64,000 nucleotides of DNA from Bryobacterales bacterium (GTDB lineage Bacteria; Acidobacteriota; Terriglobia; Bryobacterales; UBA6623). The translations under genes were made by a program, and so were the position numbers. The notes under the pieces are model-generated. The model did not search any database and was not told where the DNA came from. It saw nothing but the letters and a program-made list of their open reading frames with translations. The stretch spans positions 416,001 to 480,000 of the forward strand of contig OY729428.2 in the NCBI GenBank assembly GCA_963422375.2, given 5' to 3'. Shown piece after piece: positions 18,387 to 29,517 of this stretch. Each line of letters opens with the position of its first letter. The first letter of the stretch is position 1.

Positions 18387-21335
18387 ATGCGCCCAGCCGC
18401 CCTCCGAACACTCGCCGCGACGCTTTGCGCAGCCTCCCTGCTCCCGGGCCAGTCGTCAACGCAGACGACGCTGCGCAACCCTCCCCCGGGAGCCACCCAC
18501 GCGCTGCTGGTGACCTTCGGCGTCGGCGCCAAGACCCAGACCGCCTGGGACGGGAGCCTAGAGGTCGAGAACGGCGAGCTGGTGGAGCTGATCGGCTACG
18601 AGATGGGGCGGGACGACGTGATCCACCCGCCGCGACGGTGGGAGATGTCCACGCGACCGGCCTTTCCGTTCAGCCGCCGGAACCATGACGAGGGCATTCT
18701 CCAGGATTTGCCGCCCGACACCTACCTGACGCCGCGGTTCTACGTGTACCTCAACGGCTCGCCCGCCACCGAAGTCGCGTTCCGAACGGAGCAGGGAGAC
18801 TTCTCGGTCCGCGTGGCGGACCTGCCCGCGGTCGGAGGGGCGGAATTCGTGGACGGCAGGGCCCGCGTGGCGCGGGCCCCGATCGCGGCGCTGCTAGGCC
18901 GGGGAGACCCCGGGCCGCCAGACAGGCGGCTGACGGACAATGACTTCGCTTCCGTCGAGGTGGCCTCGGACGATTCGGTTTGGGTCGCCTACAGCGGGTT
19001 CGACGGGGATTCCGACCGAGTCTACGCGGACCGGCTGCTGCCCGGGCAGCCCGTGGGCTCTCCGAACGGCCCTAGTGCAGTGAGCGGGGCCGGCGGAGAC
19101 GTCTATCGCACGACCGTCGCCGAAGACGCGGAGGGCAAGATCTGGGTGGCATGGTCCGAGCAGGTCGGGGGCAACTGGGATCTCTACGCCCGCGCGTTCG
19201 ACGGCGAGGGCTGGGGCCGGATCGAGCGGCTGACGTCAGCCGCCCAGCCCGACATCCACCACAAGGCCGCGCGCGACCCGCAGGGAGGGATTCACCTGGT
19301 GTGGCAGGGCGCCCGCGGCAACCGCTTCGGCATTTTCCACAGGAGCTACGACGTCCGGACGGGCTGGAGCGAGGCCGCGCGCGTGAGTTCGCCCTCGGCA
19401 GGCAACTGCTGGGAACCGTCGATCGCGATCGACAGCACCGGCACGGTGTCGGTGGCATGGGACCAGTACAGCGAGGCGACGGGCTACGACGTATACCTGG
19501 CGAGGAAGGCCGGAGCGAATTGGGACGCCCCCCGGCCGGTCGCGCGCACCGGGCGATTCGAAGCCTACGCCACCGTGACGGCGGACTCGCAGGACCGTAT
19601 CTGGATCGCGTGGCACGAATCCGGGATCAACTGGGGCAAGGACTGGGGATACCCGTTCGACATCCAGGCGAACGCCACCGGCCTGTACAACTCGCGCAGC
19701 ATCCGCATGGCCGTCTACGACCGGGGCCAGCTGCGCGCTCCGGCCGCGAGTCTCGCGGCGTCCCTGCCCGACCCCGGTCCCGGCAACAATTTCTACGAGT
19801 ACCCGCAGCTAGCCGTCGACGGAGCCAACAGGATCTGGGCGCTCTTCCGCCACCGGCGGCCGATGCAGCACAACGTCTACTGGCGCACGCCGTCGCATCA
19901 CGCCCTGTGGGAGGTCTACGCCAGCTATTACGACGGCGAGTCGTGGTCGCCGATGCTCCTGCTGCCCTATTCGACCGGGCGAGCGGACATGCGGGTCGAG
20001 ACCGCAACGGACTCTTCCGGGCGCCTGGTCGCTGCGTACCCCACTGACCGGCGCAGCTTCCGGGACTTCGTCAACGTGATGCTCGACATCTTCGTGACGC
20101 GCCTGCCCGCACCGGAGGGCGGCACGGCCTCCCACCGGCTGCGCGGTTACCAGTTGCCGCCCGCGGAGGCCGCCCGCCAGCCGCCGAACCGGCCCGGGCG
20201 CGAGATGGCCGCGAGCGAGCCAGTCCACCCCAACGACGAGCGGGACGTGGCGAGGATCCGGAACTACGTCTACGAGATCGGCGGCCGACGCTACAAGATC
20301 TACCGCGGGGACATGCACCGCCACACCGAAATCTCCTGGGACGGCTACAACGACGGCTCCACCGAAGACACCTACCGCTACGCCATCGATCCCGGGGCGC
20401 TGGACTTCCTAGCGATCACCGAGCACAACTTCGGCGTCGCCGACGAGTACGACTGGTTCCGCAGCCAGAAGTACGCGGACATCTTCCGGGTGGGTTCATC
20501 CTTCGTGCCGCTGTTCGCCTACGAACGCTCGATCAAGTACCCCAACGGCCACCGCAACGTGGTCTTCCCGTACCGCGGCGCGCCGATCCTCGACTACCAG
20601 CACTACGAATGGGGGCCGAACGCGAGCTACGCCCGCCAGGGCCCGGAGCGATTCTTCGCGTACCTCCGCAAGTACAAGGGCATCGCCATGGCGCACACGT
20701 CGGGCACCGACATGGGCACCGACTGGGCCGACTACGACCCCGAGGTGGAGCCGATCGTCGAGATTTACCAGAGCGACCGCAACAGCTACGAATGCGAGGG
20801 CTGCTGGCGCTCGGCGCCGACGGACGAGCCCAAGAAGCAGTTCGGTGGCTACAGGCCCGACGGGATGGTCTCGGCGGCCTGGGCGAAGGGCTACCGACTC
20901 GGCGTGCAGGCGAGTTCTGACCACCTCGCCGTGCATACGTCGTACTCGATGCTGCTGGCCGAGGAGAACTCGCGCAACTCCCTGGTCAGCGCGATCCGGG
21001 CGCGGCGGACCTACGGGGCGACGGACAACATCATCGTGGATTTCCGGCTTGTCGACGGCACCCGCGAATACCTCATGGGGGAGGAGGCGGCCATCGCCGG
21101 ACCGCCGACCTTCCGCATGCACGTGGAAGGCACCGACAGGCTCGGGGAGATCGAGGTCGTCAAGAACAACCAGCGCGTCTACCGGCAGACCCCCGGAACG
21201 CAGGTCGCAGACTTCGAGTACCGCGACAGCGGCACGCCGGGCGAGGAAGCGGACTTCTACTACGTGCGCGTGCGCCAGTCCGACCGCGACAAGCAGGTGG
21301 CTTGGAGCTCGCCCATCTGGGTAACCGGGCGCTAG
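18387..21335 (+). CDS. Secreted beta-propeller + PHP-like metallohydrolase (DUF3604-like)
   Basis: Signal peptide; repeated ..G.IWVAW blades; GDMHRHT, TEH, GHRN, AHTS, EIYQ, SSDH; C-terminal YYVRV.Q....AWSSPIWV. Confidence 0.8.
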   Translation: MRPAALRTLAATLCAASLLPGQSSTQTTLRNPPPGATHALLVTFGVGAKTQTAWDGSLEVENGELVELIGYEMGRDDVIHPPRRWEMSTRPAFPFSRRNHDEGILQDLPPDTYLTPRFYVYLNGSPATEVAFRTEQGDFSVRVADLPAVGGAEFVDGRARVARAPIAALLGRGDPGPPDRRLTDNDFASVEVASDDSVWVAYSGFDGDSDRVYADRLLPGQPVGSPNGPSAVSGAGGDVYRTTVAEDAEGKIWVAWSEQVGGNWDLYARAFDGEGWGRIERLTSAAQPDIHHKAARDPQGGIHLVWQGARGNRFGIFHRSYDVRTGWSEAARVSSPSAGNCWEPSIAIDSTGTVSVAWDQYSEATGYDVYLARKAGANWDAPRPVARTGRFEAYATVTADSQDRIWIAWHESGINWGKDWGYPFDIQANATGLYNSRSIRMAVYDRGQLRAPAASLAASLPDPGPGNNFYEYPQLAVDGANRIWALFRHRRPMQHNVYWRTPSHHALWEVYASYYDGESWSPMLLLPYSTGRADMRVETATDSSGRLVAAYPTDRRSFRDFVNVMLDIFVTRLPAPEGGTASHRLRGYQLPPAEAARQPPNRPGREMAASEPVHPNDERDVARIRNYVYEIGGRRYKIYRGDMHRHTEISWDGYNDGSTEDTYRYAIDPGALDFLAITEHNFGVADEYDWFRSQKYADIFRVGSSFVPLFAYERSIKYPNGHRNVVFPYRGAPILDYQHYEWGPNASYARQGPERFFAYLRKYKGIAMAHTSGTDMGTDWADYDPEVEPIVEIYQSDRNSYECEGCWRSAPTDEPKKQFGGYRPDGMVSAAWAKGYRLGVQASSDHLAVHTSYSMLLAEENSRNSLVSAIRARRTYGATDNIIVDFRLVDGTREYLMGEEAAIAGPPTFRMHVEGTDRLGEIEVVKNNQRVYRQTPGTQVADFEYRDSGTPGEEADFYYVRVRQSDRDKQVAWSSPIWVTGR

Positions 21336-21486
21336 CCGCGGGCTCCGGGCCGGGGCCCGCAGGCGTCAACGCAGGAGGGGCTTCCCGCCGACGCGGGAAC
21401 CAGCCGCCCCGGCAGCGCCGCGTTCGGAATGCCCCGGAAGGGGATTTCGTCTGGACCGGGCGGCGCGCTCGCCCGAGGCTCCGGCC

Positions 21487-22497
21487 TTACACCGCGAAGC
21501 CGTGCTGCCTGCGGTGGTGCGGCCCGTCGAACTGCTGCGTCGACTTGAACCTCTCGTGCCGGCCGTCGCCGGCCACGTCGGCGACTCGCGACACTAGCAC
21601 CGCCTTGGCCTCGTCGGTCATCGGCTTGAAGTTCCGCCCGACCGCGATATCGGCCTTCAGCTCTTCCAAGGAGCGGATCCCTACCACGACCGTGGAAACC
21701 GGCAAGCTGAGGGCGTAGCGCCGGCACTCGGCATGCGTGAGCGAGGTCTTCGACGGGAGCTCGCCTCGGGGCGACCCGCCGCCAAGGCTCTTCATGCCCA
21801 CCACGCCCACGTCGAGCGCCAAGCACAGGGGGACGACTTCCTTCTGGAAGCTGCGGTAGTGCGCGTCCATTACGTTGATGGGCATCTGGGACGTGTCCCA
21901 GTCATAGGGCTTGTTGAGCATCTTGGCGTGGATGCTGGGATCCTTGTGCCCAGTGAAACCGATGTAGCGCACCTTGCCGGCCTTGCGCGCTTCGAGGGCC
22001 GCCTTGAGGCCGCCCTTGTCGAACACCCAGTCGGGGTCGGAGTCGTAGACCATCTCGTGGAACTGCCACAGGTCGATACGGTCGGTCTTCATGCGCCGCA
22101 AGCTGTCCTCGAGGTTGCTCATGGAGCCCTTGTAGTCGCGCTCGCAGTTCTTGGTCATCAGGAAGACCTTGTCGCGCTTGCCGGGCTCGGACATGGCACG
22201 GCCCATGATCTCCTCGGACCCGCCGTCGTGGTAGTCCCAGGCGTTGTCGAAGAAGGTCATTCCCTCGTCGATCGCCGCATGCATGATCCGAATCGCTTCC
22301 GACTTGTCCTGGACCGCGCCGATGTGCCAGCCGCCGAGGCACAGGATCGAAACCTGCTCGCCGGTGCGGCCCAAGCGCCGTGTGGGCAGGCCGTTCGGGC
22401 TGTCCTGCTGGGCCAGCGCCTGCTGGGCCAGCGCGCCGGCGGCAGCGCTTCCGAACATTCCCTGGAAGAACGAGCGACGAGTAGCGTCGAGCGGCAT
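21487..22497 (-). CDS. Tat-exported aldo/keto reductase
   Basis: TRRSFF twin-arginine signal; LGRTG, FFDNAWDY, FLMTK, DLWQFH, GFTGH, GMKSLGGG; GGAGG RBS. Confidence 0.92.
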   Translation of the reverse strand: MPLDATRRSFFQGMFGSAAAGALAQQALAQQDSPNGLPTRRLGRTGEQVSILCLGGWHIGAVQDKSEAIRIMHAAIDEGMTFFDNAWDYHDGGSEEIMGRAMSEPGKRDKVFLMTKNCERDYKGSMSNLEDSLRRMKTDRIDLWQFHEMVYDSDPDWVFDKGGLKAALEARKAGKVRYIGFTGHKDPSIHAKMLNKPYDWDTSQMPINVMDAHYRSFQKEVVPLCLALDVGVVGMKSLGGGSPRGELPSKTSLTHAECRRYALSLPVSTVVVGIRSLEELKADIAVGRNFKPMTDEAKAVLVSRVADVAGDGRHERFKSTQQFDGPHHRRQHGFAV

Positions 22498-22744
22498 CGT
22501 GAACCTCCTGCGCCGGTGCGACGCCGCCCCATGGTACAGGATTCCGCGCCAGCGGGCTCGAGACTCGGACTCCAGCGGCCGGGACGCCCCGTCGTCCGGC
22601 GGACGGGCCTCGAGTGCGCCGAACGCCCTTGCCGGCTTGCGGGACCGGGAACCGCCGCGAACGGACGGTAGGCGATGATGGAGGTCCGTGTTTCGCGCCG
22701 GCCCGGTTTCGCCCGCGAGACCCGGCTCGGCACCAACAAGTCCA

Positions 22745-24378
22745 ATGAACGTCTCGAGAGCCGTCGCGAAGATGCTCAAGCAGGAAGGCGTGGAGCGGCT
22801 TTTCGCCTATCCGGTCAATCCGGTGATCGAGAGCTGCGCCGAGGAGAACATCCGAACCGTGATCGTGCGGCAGGAGCGGACCGGCCTGCACATGGCGGAC
22901 GCGGTCGGCCGCCTCAGTTCCGGACGCAAGGTGGGTGTGTTCGCCATGCAACACGGCCCCGGCGCGGAGAACTCGTTCGGCGGGGTCGCGCAAGCCTACA
23001 GCGAATCGGTCCCGCTGATGGTCCTGCCCGCCGGCTACGCGCGCGGGCGCGCCGGCGTGCACCCGCACTTCGGCTCGCTGGAGAACTACCGCGGCGTCAC
23101 CAAGTCGGTCGAGCGGGTCACGGTCCCGGCCGCGGTGCCCGGCGCGCCTTCACGCAGGCCAAGAACGGCCGCCCGGGCCCCTGCATGGTCGAGATCCCCT
23201 GGGATCTATTCGGCTCCGAGTTCCCCGGCGGGCTGGACTACCGCCCGTCGATTCGCACCCTCAGCGGGCCGGACCCCGACGCCGTGCGCGAGGCAGCGCG
23301 GATTCTAGTCGACGCGGACCTTCCGGTGATCTACGCGGGGCAAGGAGTCCACTACGGGAAGGCTTGGCGGGAACTTCGGGAATTGGTCGACCTACTCGAG
23401 GCCCCCGTGACCACCAGCATCGAGGGCAAGAGCGCGATTCCGGAATCGCATCCGCTCTCGCTGCAGTCCGGCGGCAGGGCCTACTCCAAGGCAATGGACG
23501 TATTCCTCCGCCGTGCCGACATTGTTCTCGGCGTCGGCGCCAGCTTCACGCAGACGGCCTTCGGCATACCGTGGGGCAACTACCTCGCGGACACGACCGT
23601 GATCCAGTCCACGGTTGACACGGCGGACCTGCACAAGGACGTGCCAATCGACCTCGGGCTCGTGGGCGACGCGCGTCTCACCCTCGCGGCCCTCGTCGAC
23701 GAAGTCCGCCGCCTGCTCCCGGAGCCGCGTGGCCGCGCTGCGTCGCTAGCGAGCGAGATCGCCGCGATCCACGGCGAGTGGCGCGCCGCGTGGAGCGCGA
23801 AGCTCGACTCCGAGGACACGCCGATCAATCCCTACCGCGTCATTCGCGACCTGCTGAACACGGTCGACGTGGCCAATGCGATCATCACCCATGACGCGGG
23901 GAGCCCGCGTGACCAGCTGACGCCGTTCTGGGAGTGCCAGGCTCCGCTGAGCTACATCGGCTGGGGCAAGACTACGCAGCTCGGCTACGGGCTGGGCCTG
24001 GCCATGGGGGCCAAGCTGGAACATCCCGACAAGCTCTGCATCAACTGGTGGGGCGACGCCGCGATCGGATTCACCGGAATGGACTTCGAGACCGCGGTGC
24101 GAGAGCGCATACCGATCCTATCCGTGCTGTCGAACAACTTCTGCATGGCGATCGAGCTTCCGATCATGCGGACAGCGACTAGAAAGTACGGCAGCACCGA
24201 CATCTCCGGCAACTACGCGGCATTCGCGAACGCGCTTGGCGGATACGGGGAGAGAGTCAGCGACCCCGCGGAAATCGTTCCTGCGATCCGTCGCGGAATC
24301 GCCAAGACAGAGCAGGGAGTGCCTGCCCTGCTCGAGTTCATCACGTCGAAGGAGCAGGAGATCTCGCGGTTCGCGTAG
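22745..24378 (+). pseudogene. Thiamine pyrophosphate-requiring enzyme (acetolactate synthase-like), frameshifted near 23140
   Basis: First frame LKQEGV, RQER, QHGPGAEN; second frame RRAF..A.NGRPGP, DAGSPRDQ, GDAA...SNN. Confidence 0.85.
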
Positions 24379-24613
24379 CGCTTCGCCGGCGCGGCAGGTG
24401 GCGCTCGATATTGCTCAGGGATGGGCGCGGTCGAGGTGCGGGCGGAGCGGGACCTCGTATGCCGGACAGCGGCTCCGTCGCTGCCGGGCATCACTGTTCG
24501 AGGCCCGGCCCGCTTTACCAGGACGGTGCCGAGGCCGTCGCCAAGCATCGGGGTCCGAGAACCCGCTTCGGAGCTCGTCGCTGAGCACAGCCTTCGCCCG
24601 GAACGCAGCGGTT

Positions 24614-26240
24614 CTAAATTTGGCCGTCAAGGGGTGCGTGAACGTTGTTTCGGAGGATGAGGTGAATCAGTTGACCGAGAGGTTGCGCTCCGGAGGCCGC
24701 CCCGCGGGAGCGTCGGACGGCGGGCAGGGCCGTGGCGCGGCCCGCGTCGCGGGTCCGCGGAGTGCCGAGCCCGCGGCCGGACGCACTCCGGCGGTAGCCG
24801 GCTGCGACGGTCGGCCGCTGGCCGGACGCTGCCGGCACGAAACTGCGCGGAGTCCAGGCCCCGGCCGCCTGGCAGCCCGGAGGCGCGCGTCCGGCGCGCA
24901 CCGCCGCCAGCAGAGTCGGCCGGTCCGGAAAGCGGAACCAGCGCAGCGCGACCTCCAGCTCCTGGAACAGGGCGCGGCGCGTGACCGGCTGGCGCCGGCA
25001 CTGCTGCCACAGCGCACAGACGCACTGCACCACGGCCTGCACCACGGCCTGCACCACGGCGTGGAGCGCGAAGGCGAACAGGTTCGGCACGGCCGGCACG
25101 TTGGCCAGCCCTTCCTTGCCGTGCCCGAAGTTGCAGTTGCGGCCGTGCCGCGCCAGGCAGTTGAAGCCCTCGTTCTCGATCTTCCAGCGCGCCCGGCCGG
25201 CCCGCGCGATCCGCTCCGCGTTGTCCGCGTTGTCCGCGAGACCGGTGAAGAAGCTGCTGGCGCAGGTGCGCTTGCCGCCGCGCTCCATGGCGTACTCGAT
25301 CCAAGTGCCCCGCAGGGCGTCGCGGCCCTTGCGCAGGGGCACCGCGGCCGTCCGGCGGAAACGGTGCCGCTCGGACCGCTTGCCCTTCCCGCGCTGCGGC
25401 AGCCCGCCGGTCGAGCGCACCGCGCCGCTCGCCCGCCGGCTCTCCGGCACCTCGTGCAAGTGCTTGCGGGATCCGGGCTTGCATACCCGGATGCAGTCCA
25501 TGCCGGCCGCCGCGGCGGCCTCGCAGACCGGCTGGCAGCAGTGCAGGTCGTCGCCCGGCAGGACGGGGCGGCAGGCCTGCAGCCAGGCGCCGCGAGCGGC
25601 GAGCCAGCGTTTGGCGGCGTTGCGCTCGCAGTCCCGCTTGCGCTCGTCCTCGCTCATGTCGGCGCGGGTCGCGGCCACGTCCTGCTGCGGGCACGCGAAC
25701 TCGGGCATCAGCGGCAGGACCGTGGCGTGGCCGTCGGCCACCGCGGTGGCCGCGACCATGGCGTGGAAGTGATGCGGCCGGCGCTCGCTGCCGACGCGCC
25801 GCACCGAGCACTGCGGGCAATGCACCCTGTCGGAGCGGTGGAACCGGACGCCGTCCGGAGCCGCCGGCAGGCGCCCGTCGAGGCGCTGGAAGGGCGCGAG
25901 CGCGCCCTGCGCGGCCACGGTTGCGAGGCACGGCCGGAACAGCGGGTCGAACGCGGCCGGGTCGCGGTCGTCGAGCAAGTTGCGGATCCGCTTGTCGCAG
26001 GGGCTGCGGCCCGCGCCGAACAGGGTCCGGCAGTTGGAGCGCGAGCCGTCCCGCTCCATGCGCCGCTGGAACGCGAGCAACGACTCGCACCGGGTGCAGA
26101 AGCAGGCCGGGGCGCACCAGGGCGCAACCGGCGGCGTCGCTGACCTCGTAGCGCTTGTTGCTGCGACCCTCGCGCCGGTCGGGCCGGCCGGCGGCCGTCT
26201 CGCGGAAGGCGCTCGGCAGCGCGTCCAGGACATGGGGCAT
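24614..26240 (-). pseudogene. Degenerate ISNCY-like DDE transposase (5' frameshift near 26110)
   Basis: PDRR.G..N.RY in one frame, then IRNLLD, DG..F, HC..C, DCE.NAAKRW, GDDL.C, GRARWKIENE.FN, NFGHG in another. Confidence 0.85.
25026..25061. repeat. 12-bp tandem repeat x3 (TGCACCACGGCC) inside the transposase
   Basis: Read directly; encodes AVVQ-AVVQ-AVVQ on the minus strand. Confidence 0.9.
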
Positions 26241-26718
26241 TCACCCTAGCTCACACATTCCGCTAGCAAAAGTCAAGTGCCAGACTGCCTGCGACACCTT
26301 TCTCAGACACTCTGGAAATCCCCAAAGGCCCAAATTGAGAATCGCTGCTGCCCGACGCGACTGCGGAGACTGCCCTGCCGGCCGTCCAGCAGGAGCTCGC
26401 TCTCTCGCTCGGGCCTATGCTCGCCCCCGCCAGCGGCGAGAGCACCGGCTGGTCCGCACATCCCGGCCCCGTCCGAACTTCCGCTCGATGCGACTTCCGC
26501 CCTTCGCGGGCCGCTACTGGATGGCCCCGGGCAGCTTCGTGCCCGCCTCCCTTGGCGCGATAACTGGCATGGCGCCACCTCCGGGAACAAGCCTTCCCTC
26601 CGGAGGCCGGAATCTTGGGCGCGCTCGCCAGACCTCGGGGCGGAACTCAACCCTTGGAATCGCAGCGAGTCTAGCGACCTGATTCTCGCAACGAGACTGA
26701 GTGGCCGGCGCGCTTCCT

Positions 26719-28143
26719 CTACGCTCCGGGCCTCGAGGGCCCGCTCTCGAGCCGCGACCGCATGGCCTGCAGGATGTCGGCGTGGCTCGCGTCCGCGGCC
26801 AAGTTCGTGAATTCGCGCGGGTCGTTCTCGTGGTCGTAGAGCTCGTCGCCGCCGCCGTCGCCCTCCCAGCGGATGTAACGGTAGCGGGCGGTCCGGACCG
26901 TGCGGCCATAGATCCGGTCCTCCCACTGGACCTGCGAGAACGCCGAGTCCTTGACCGAACCAGCAGGATCGTCGAGAAGAGGCCCGAGGCTGACCCCTTC
27001 CAAGTCCGCCGGGGGCTCGAGACCGCACAAGTCCGCCAGTGTCGGGTACAGATCCACGAACTCGACCAAGGCGCGGGACGACTCGCCCGCGCCGCGAGCG
27101 CCGGGAGCGGAAACGATCAGAGGCGCCCGGACCGAATCCTCCATCAGGCTCATCTTCTGCCAGTGGGTGTGCTCGCCGAGATGCCAGCCGTGATCCCCGA
27201 AGAAGACGACGACGGTACGGTCGGCGAGGCCGAGACTCTCCAGCTCTCCGAGGACCCTGCCGACCTGCTCGTCCATGAAGGACACCGACGCGTAGTAGCC
27301 GCGGAGCGCCAGGCGCTGGTTCTCCTCGCTCATGCCCATCTGGTGCCAGAGAAACGGGCGCAGATTCTTGGCGGGAGCCGGAATGTCGTCCAGATCGTCG
27401 GGTGGGTTCGAGACCAGCTCGATCTCGTCGAGCGGGTACATGTCGAAGAAGCGCGAAGGGGCGACGAAGGGCGTGTGCGGCCGCACGAAGCCCAGCCCTA
27501 GGAAGAACGGCTGGCCAGCGGACTCGCGCAGCAAGCGGATCGCCGTGTCGGCGGCCGCGCTGTCCGCCTGGCCCTCGGCGTCCGCCGTCTGGACCCACTG
27601 CATCTTGAGCCCGTGCCGCAGGTCCGGATTCGGGTCGCCGCCGGGGCCGACGCTCTCGTTCTCGAGGCCGGGAGGGCTGATCGAGACGTCCCAGGACGGG
27701 GGATCCTGGTGGGTCATCGTGCCCACGCCTCCGGGCACGCCCATGTGGAAGAGCTTGCCGACCCGCATCGACCTCCGGCCGGAGTTCCTGAACATCTGGG
27801 GCAGCGTAACGGTGCCGGGCCGCCATTCGCGGAAATCGACCTTGCGATTGGTGACGACGCCGACGGTGTCCGGACGCAGGCCCGTCATCAGGGAGGCGCG
27901 GCTCGGGCCGCAAAACGGGAACTGGCAGTAGGCGTTGTCGAAACGCACGCCGCGCGAGGCTAGCCGGTCGATGTGAGGCGACTTGACCGCGGGGTGGCCG
28001 TAGCATCCCAGCGTCCCCGTGAGATCGTCGGAGGCGATGAAGAGGACGTTCAGGGGCGGGGTGTCGCGGGAGCAGGCGCCAGCCCCGGCGGCAAGCGAGG
28101 CTGCGAACTCCCGGCGCGAAATCAAGGCGGGCACGTCGGCCAT
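26719..28143 (-). CDS. Formylglycine-dependent sulfatase (iduronate/choline sulfatase-like), Tat signal
   Basis: SRREF; NVLFIASDD; CGPSRASLMTG; GKLFH; RPHTP; GDHG.HLGEH. Confidence 0.93.
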   Translation of the reverse strand: MADVPALISRREFAASLAAGAGACSRDTPPLNVLFIASDDLTGTLGCYGHPAVKSPHIDRLASRGVRFDNAYCQFPFCGPSRASLMTGLRPDTVGVVTNRKVDFREWRPGTVTLPQMFRNSGRRSMRVGKLFHMGVPGGVGTMTHQDPPSWDVSISPPGLENESVGPGGDPNPDLRHGLKMQWVQTADAEGQADSAAADTAIRLLRESAGQPFFLGLGFVRPHTPFVAPSRFFDMYPLDEIELVSNPPDDLDDIPAPAKNLRPFLWHQMGMSEENQRLALRGYYASVSFMDEQVGRVLGELESLGLADRTVVVFFGDHGWHLGEHTHWQKMSLMEDSVRAPLIVSAPGARGAGESSRALVEFVDLYPTLADLCGLEPPADLEGVSLGPLLDDPAGSVKDSAFSQVQWEDRIYGRTVRTARYRYIRWEGDGGGDELYDHENDPREFTNLAADASHADILQAMRSRLESGPSRPGA

Positions 28144-28218
28144 TATGCTGCACCACCGGCTTCGGCGGCCGGGCAACCGGACGGCGCGGCGACGGGCGGC
28201 GCGCGAGCCACCCTGGAA

Positions 28219-29517
28219 TCAGCGATTGAAGATCTTCACCCGGAAGTAGGGCTTGTCTTTCTCGGCCGGGTCCATCACGTAGTCCTGGTAGGTCAGCATC
28301 GGGTCGTAGTCGCGCCACAGCCAAGCCATCGCCTCGGGCAGTTCCGCGTCTCCGTAGGTCGTGCTGTGCTGGGCGTTGCCGAAACTGAAGTGGAAGTCGT
28401 ACTCCTGCATCTTCAGGGAGTTCGCCAGCTGGATGTTCTGCAGCGGCCAGCTGCCGTGGGCGTTCTCGAGGTCGTAGCTGCCGTCCTCGAGCCAGATCCG
28501 GATGTTCTTCCTTTCCCGCTTGCGGATCAGGAACGGCCAAATGTTGCCGCCGTCGAGAATCTCGGACGGGTCGCGGTCGCCGAACCGCCCCAAGGGGTAG
28601 TCGCCGAAGGGATTCTCCTGACCCCAGCGCCACTGGATGCTGGCGTAGCTTCCGATCCTCGACAGGACCCGGCTGAACTCGTGCGGCCGGAACCAAGCGG
28701 AGTTGAGCGAGCAGATCCCGCCGGACGACTGCCCGCCGATAGCCCTGCTGTAGCCGTCGTCGCGCAGACGATAGGTCTTGCTGACCTCGGGGAAGATCTC
28801 GTCCGCCACCATCCTGTTGTAGTCGTCGTTGAACGTGTCGTAGAGCAGGCTGCGCATGTGCCCGATCGCCCGCGGGGCGTACGACGCCGCGTTGTCGTGG
28901 GAACCGATATAGCCGGGAGCGACCAGCACGAGCACCATCGGAGGGAGCTTGCGCTTGTGGACGAGGTTCTCGACCACTGTCATGATCCGGGACCGCTTCT
29001 CGCGCTCCAAGAAGCGGTGGCCGTCCTGCCAGACCATCACGGCCGAGGGCTTCGACGCCTCGACGCCCGGCGACGCGTAAACCCAGTAGGAGACCCTCCA
29101 GCCGCGGTAGGTCTCGCTCTCGTGAAAGAGCTCGTCCGAGAGCTCGCCGCGCGGGACGCCCTGCTGCGGGTAGGAGTCCTCGCCGTAAGCCGCGGTGTCC
29201 CAGCGCCTGCCTCCGAGGATGCTGCGGTCCACGCGGTAGTAATGCGCATGAGAGGTTCCAGTGCGCAGGCGGTCGCCGTGGATCCACAGGCCGCCCGGAA
29301 GCTCCCGCATCGGCGGGGCGGGCTCGTCGTCTACGTACAGGTGCGGGCGAGAATCGGACTCGATCGCCCAGACGAACTCGGGCCCGTACGCGGCAACGGC
29401 CGAGCCGCCCGTCAGAGCGTCGCGCGGAAAGTGATCCCGAACGCCGCCAGCGACTTGGGCGGCGTCCGCATTCGAAGTCGCCAGCTCGTACAGGCGGTGC
29501 TTGTCTTGGTCGGTCAT
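28219..29517 (-). CDS. Enterochelin esterase-like alpha/beta hydrolase
   Basis: Nucleophile motif GQSSGG; VWQDG; RSLLYD; N-terminal Ig/CBM-like segment. Confidence 0.85.
   Translation of the reverse strand: MTDQDKHRLYELATSNADAAQVAGGVRDHFPRDALTGGSAVAAYGPEFVWAIESDSRPHLYVDDEPAPPMRELPGGLWIHGDRLRTGTSHAHYYRVDRSILGGRRWDTAAYGEDSYPQQGVPRGELSDELFHESETYRGWRVSYWVYASPGVEASKPSAVMVWQDGHRFLEREKRSRIMTVVENLVHKRKLPPMVLVLVAPGYIGSHDNAASYAPRAIGHMRSLLYDTFNDDYNRMVADEIFPEVSKTYRLRDDGYSRAIGGQSSGGICSLNSAWFRPHEFSRVLSRIGSYASIQWRWGQENPFGDYPLGRFGDRDPSEILDGGNIWPFLIRKRERKNIRIWLEDGSYDLENAHGSWPLQNIQLANSLKMQEYDFHFSFGNAQHSTTYGDAELPEAMAWLWRDYDPMLTYQDYVMDPAEKDKPYFRVKIFNR

Larger units (their letters stand above)
24605..26348 (-). 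mobile_element. Insertion sequence (ISNCY-like DDE) with 19-bp imperfect terminal inverted repeats
   Basis: GCAGCGGTTCTAAATTTGG (24605-24623) vs reverse complement of CCAAATTGAGAATCGCTGC (26330-26348), 17/19 match; encloses a transposase; no clear TSD. Confidence 0.85.
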
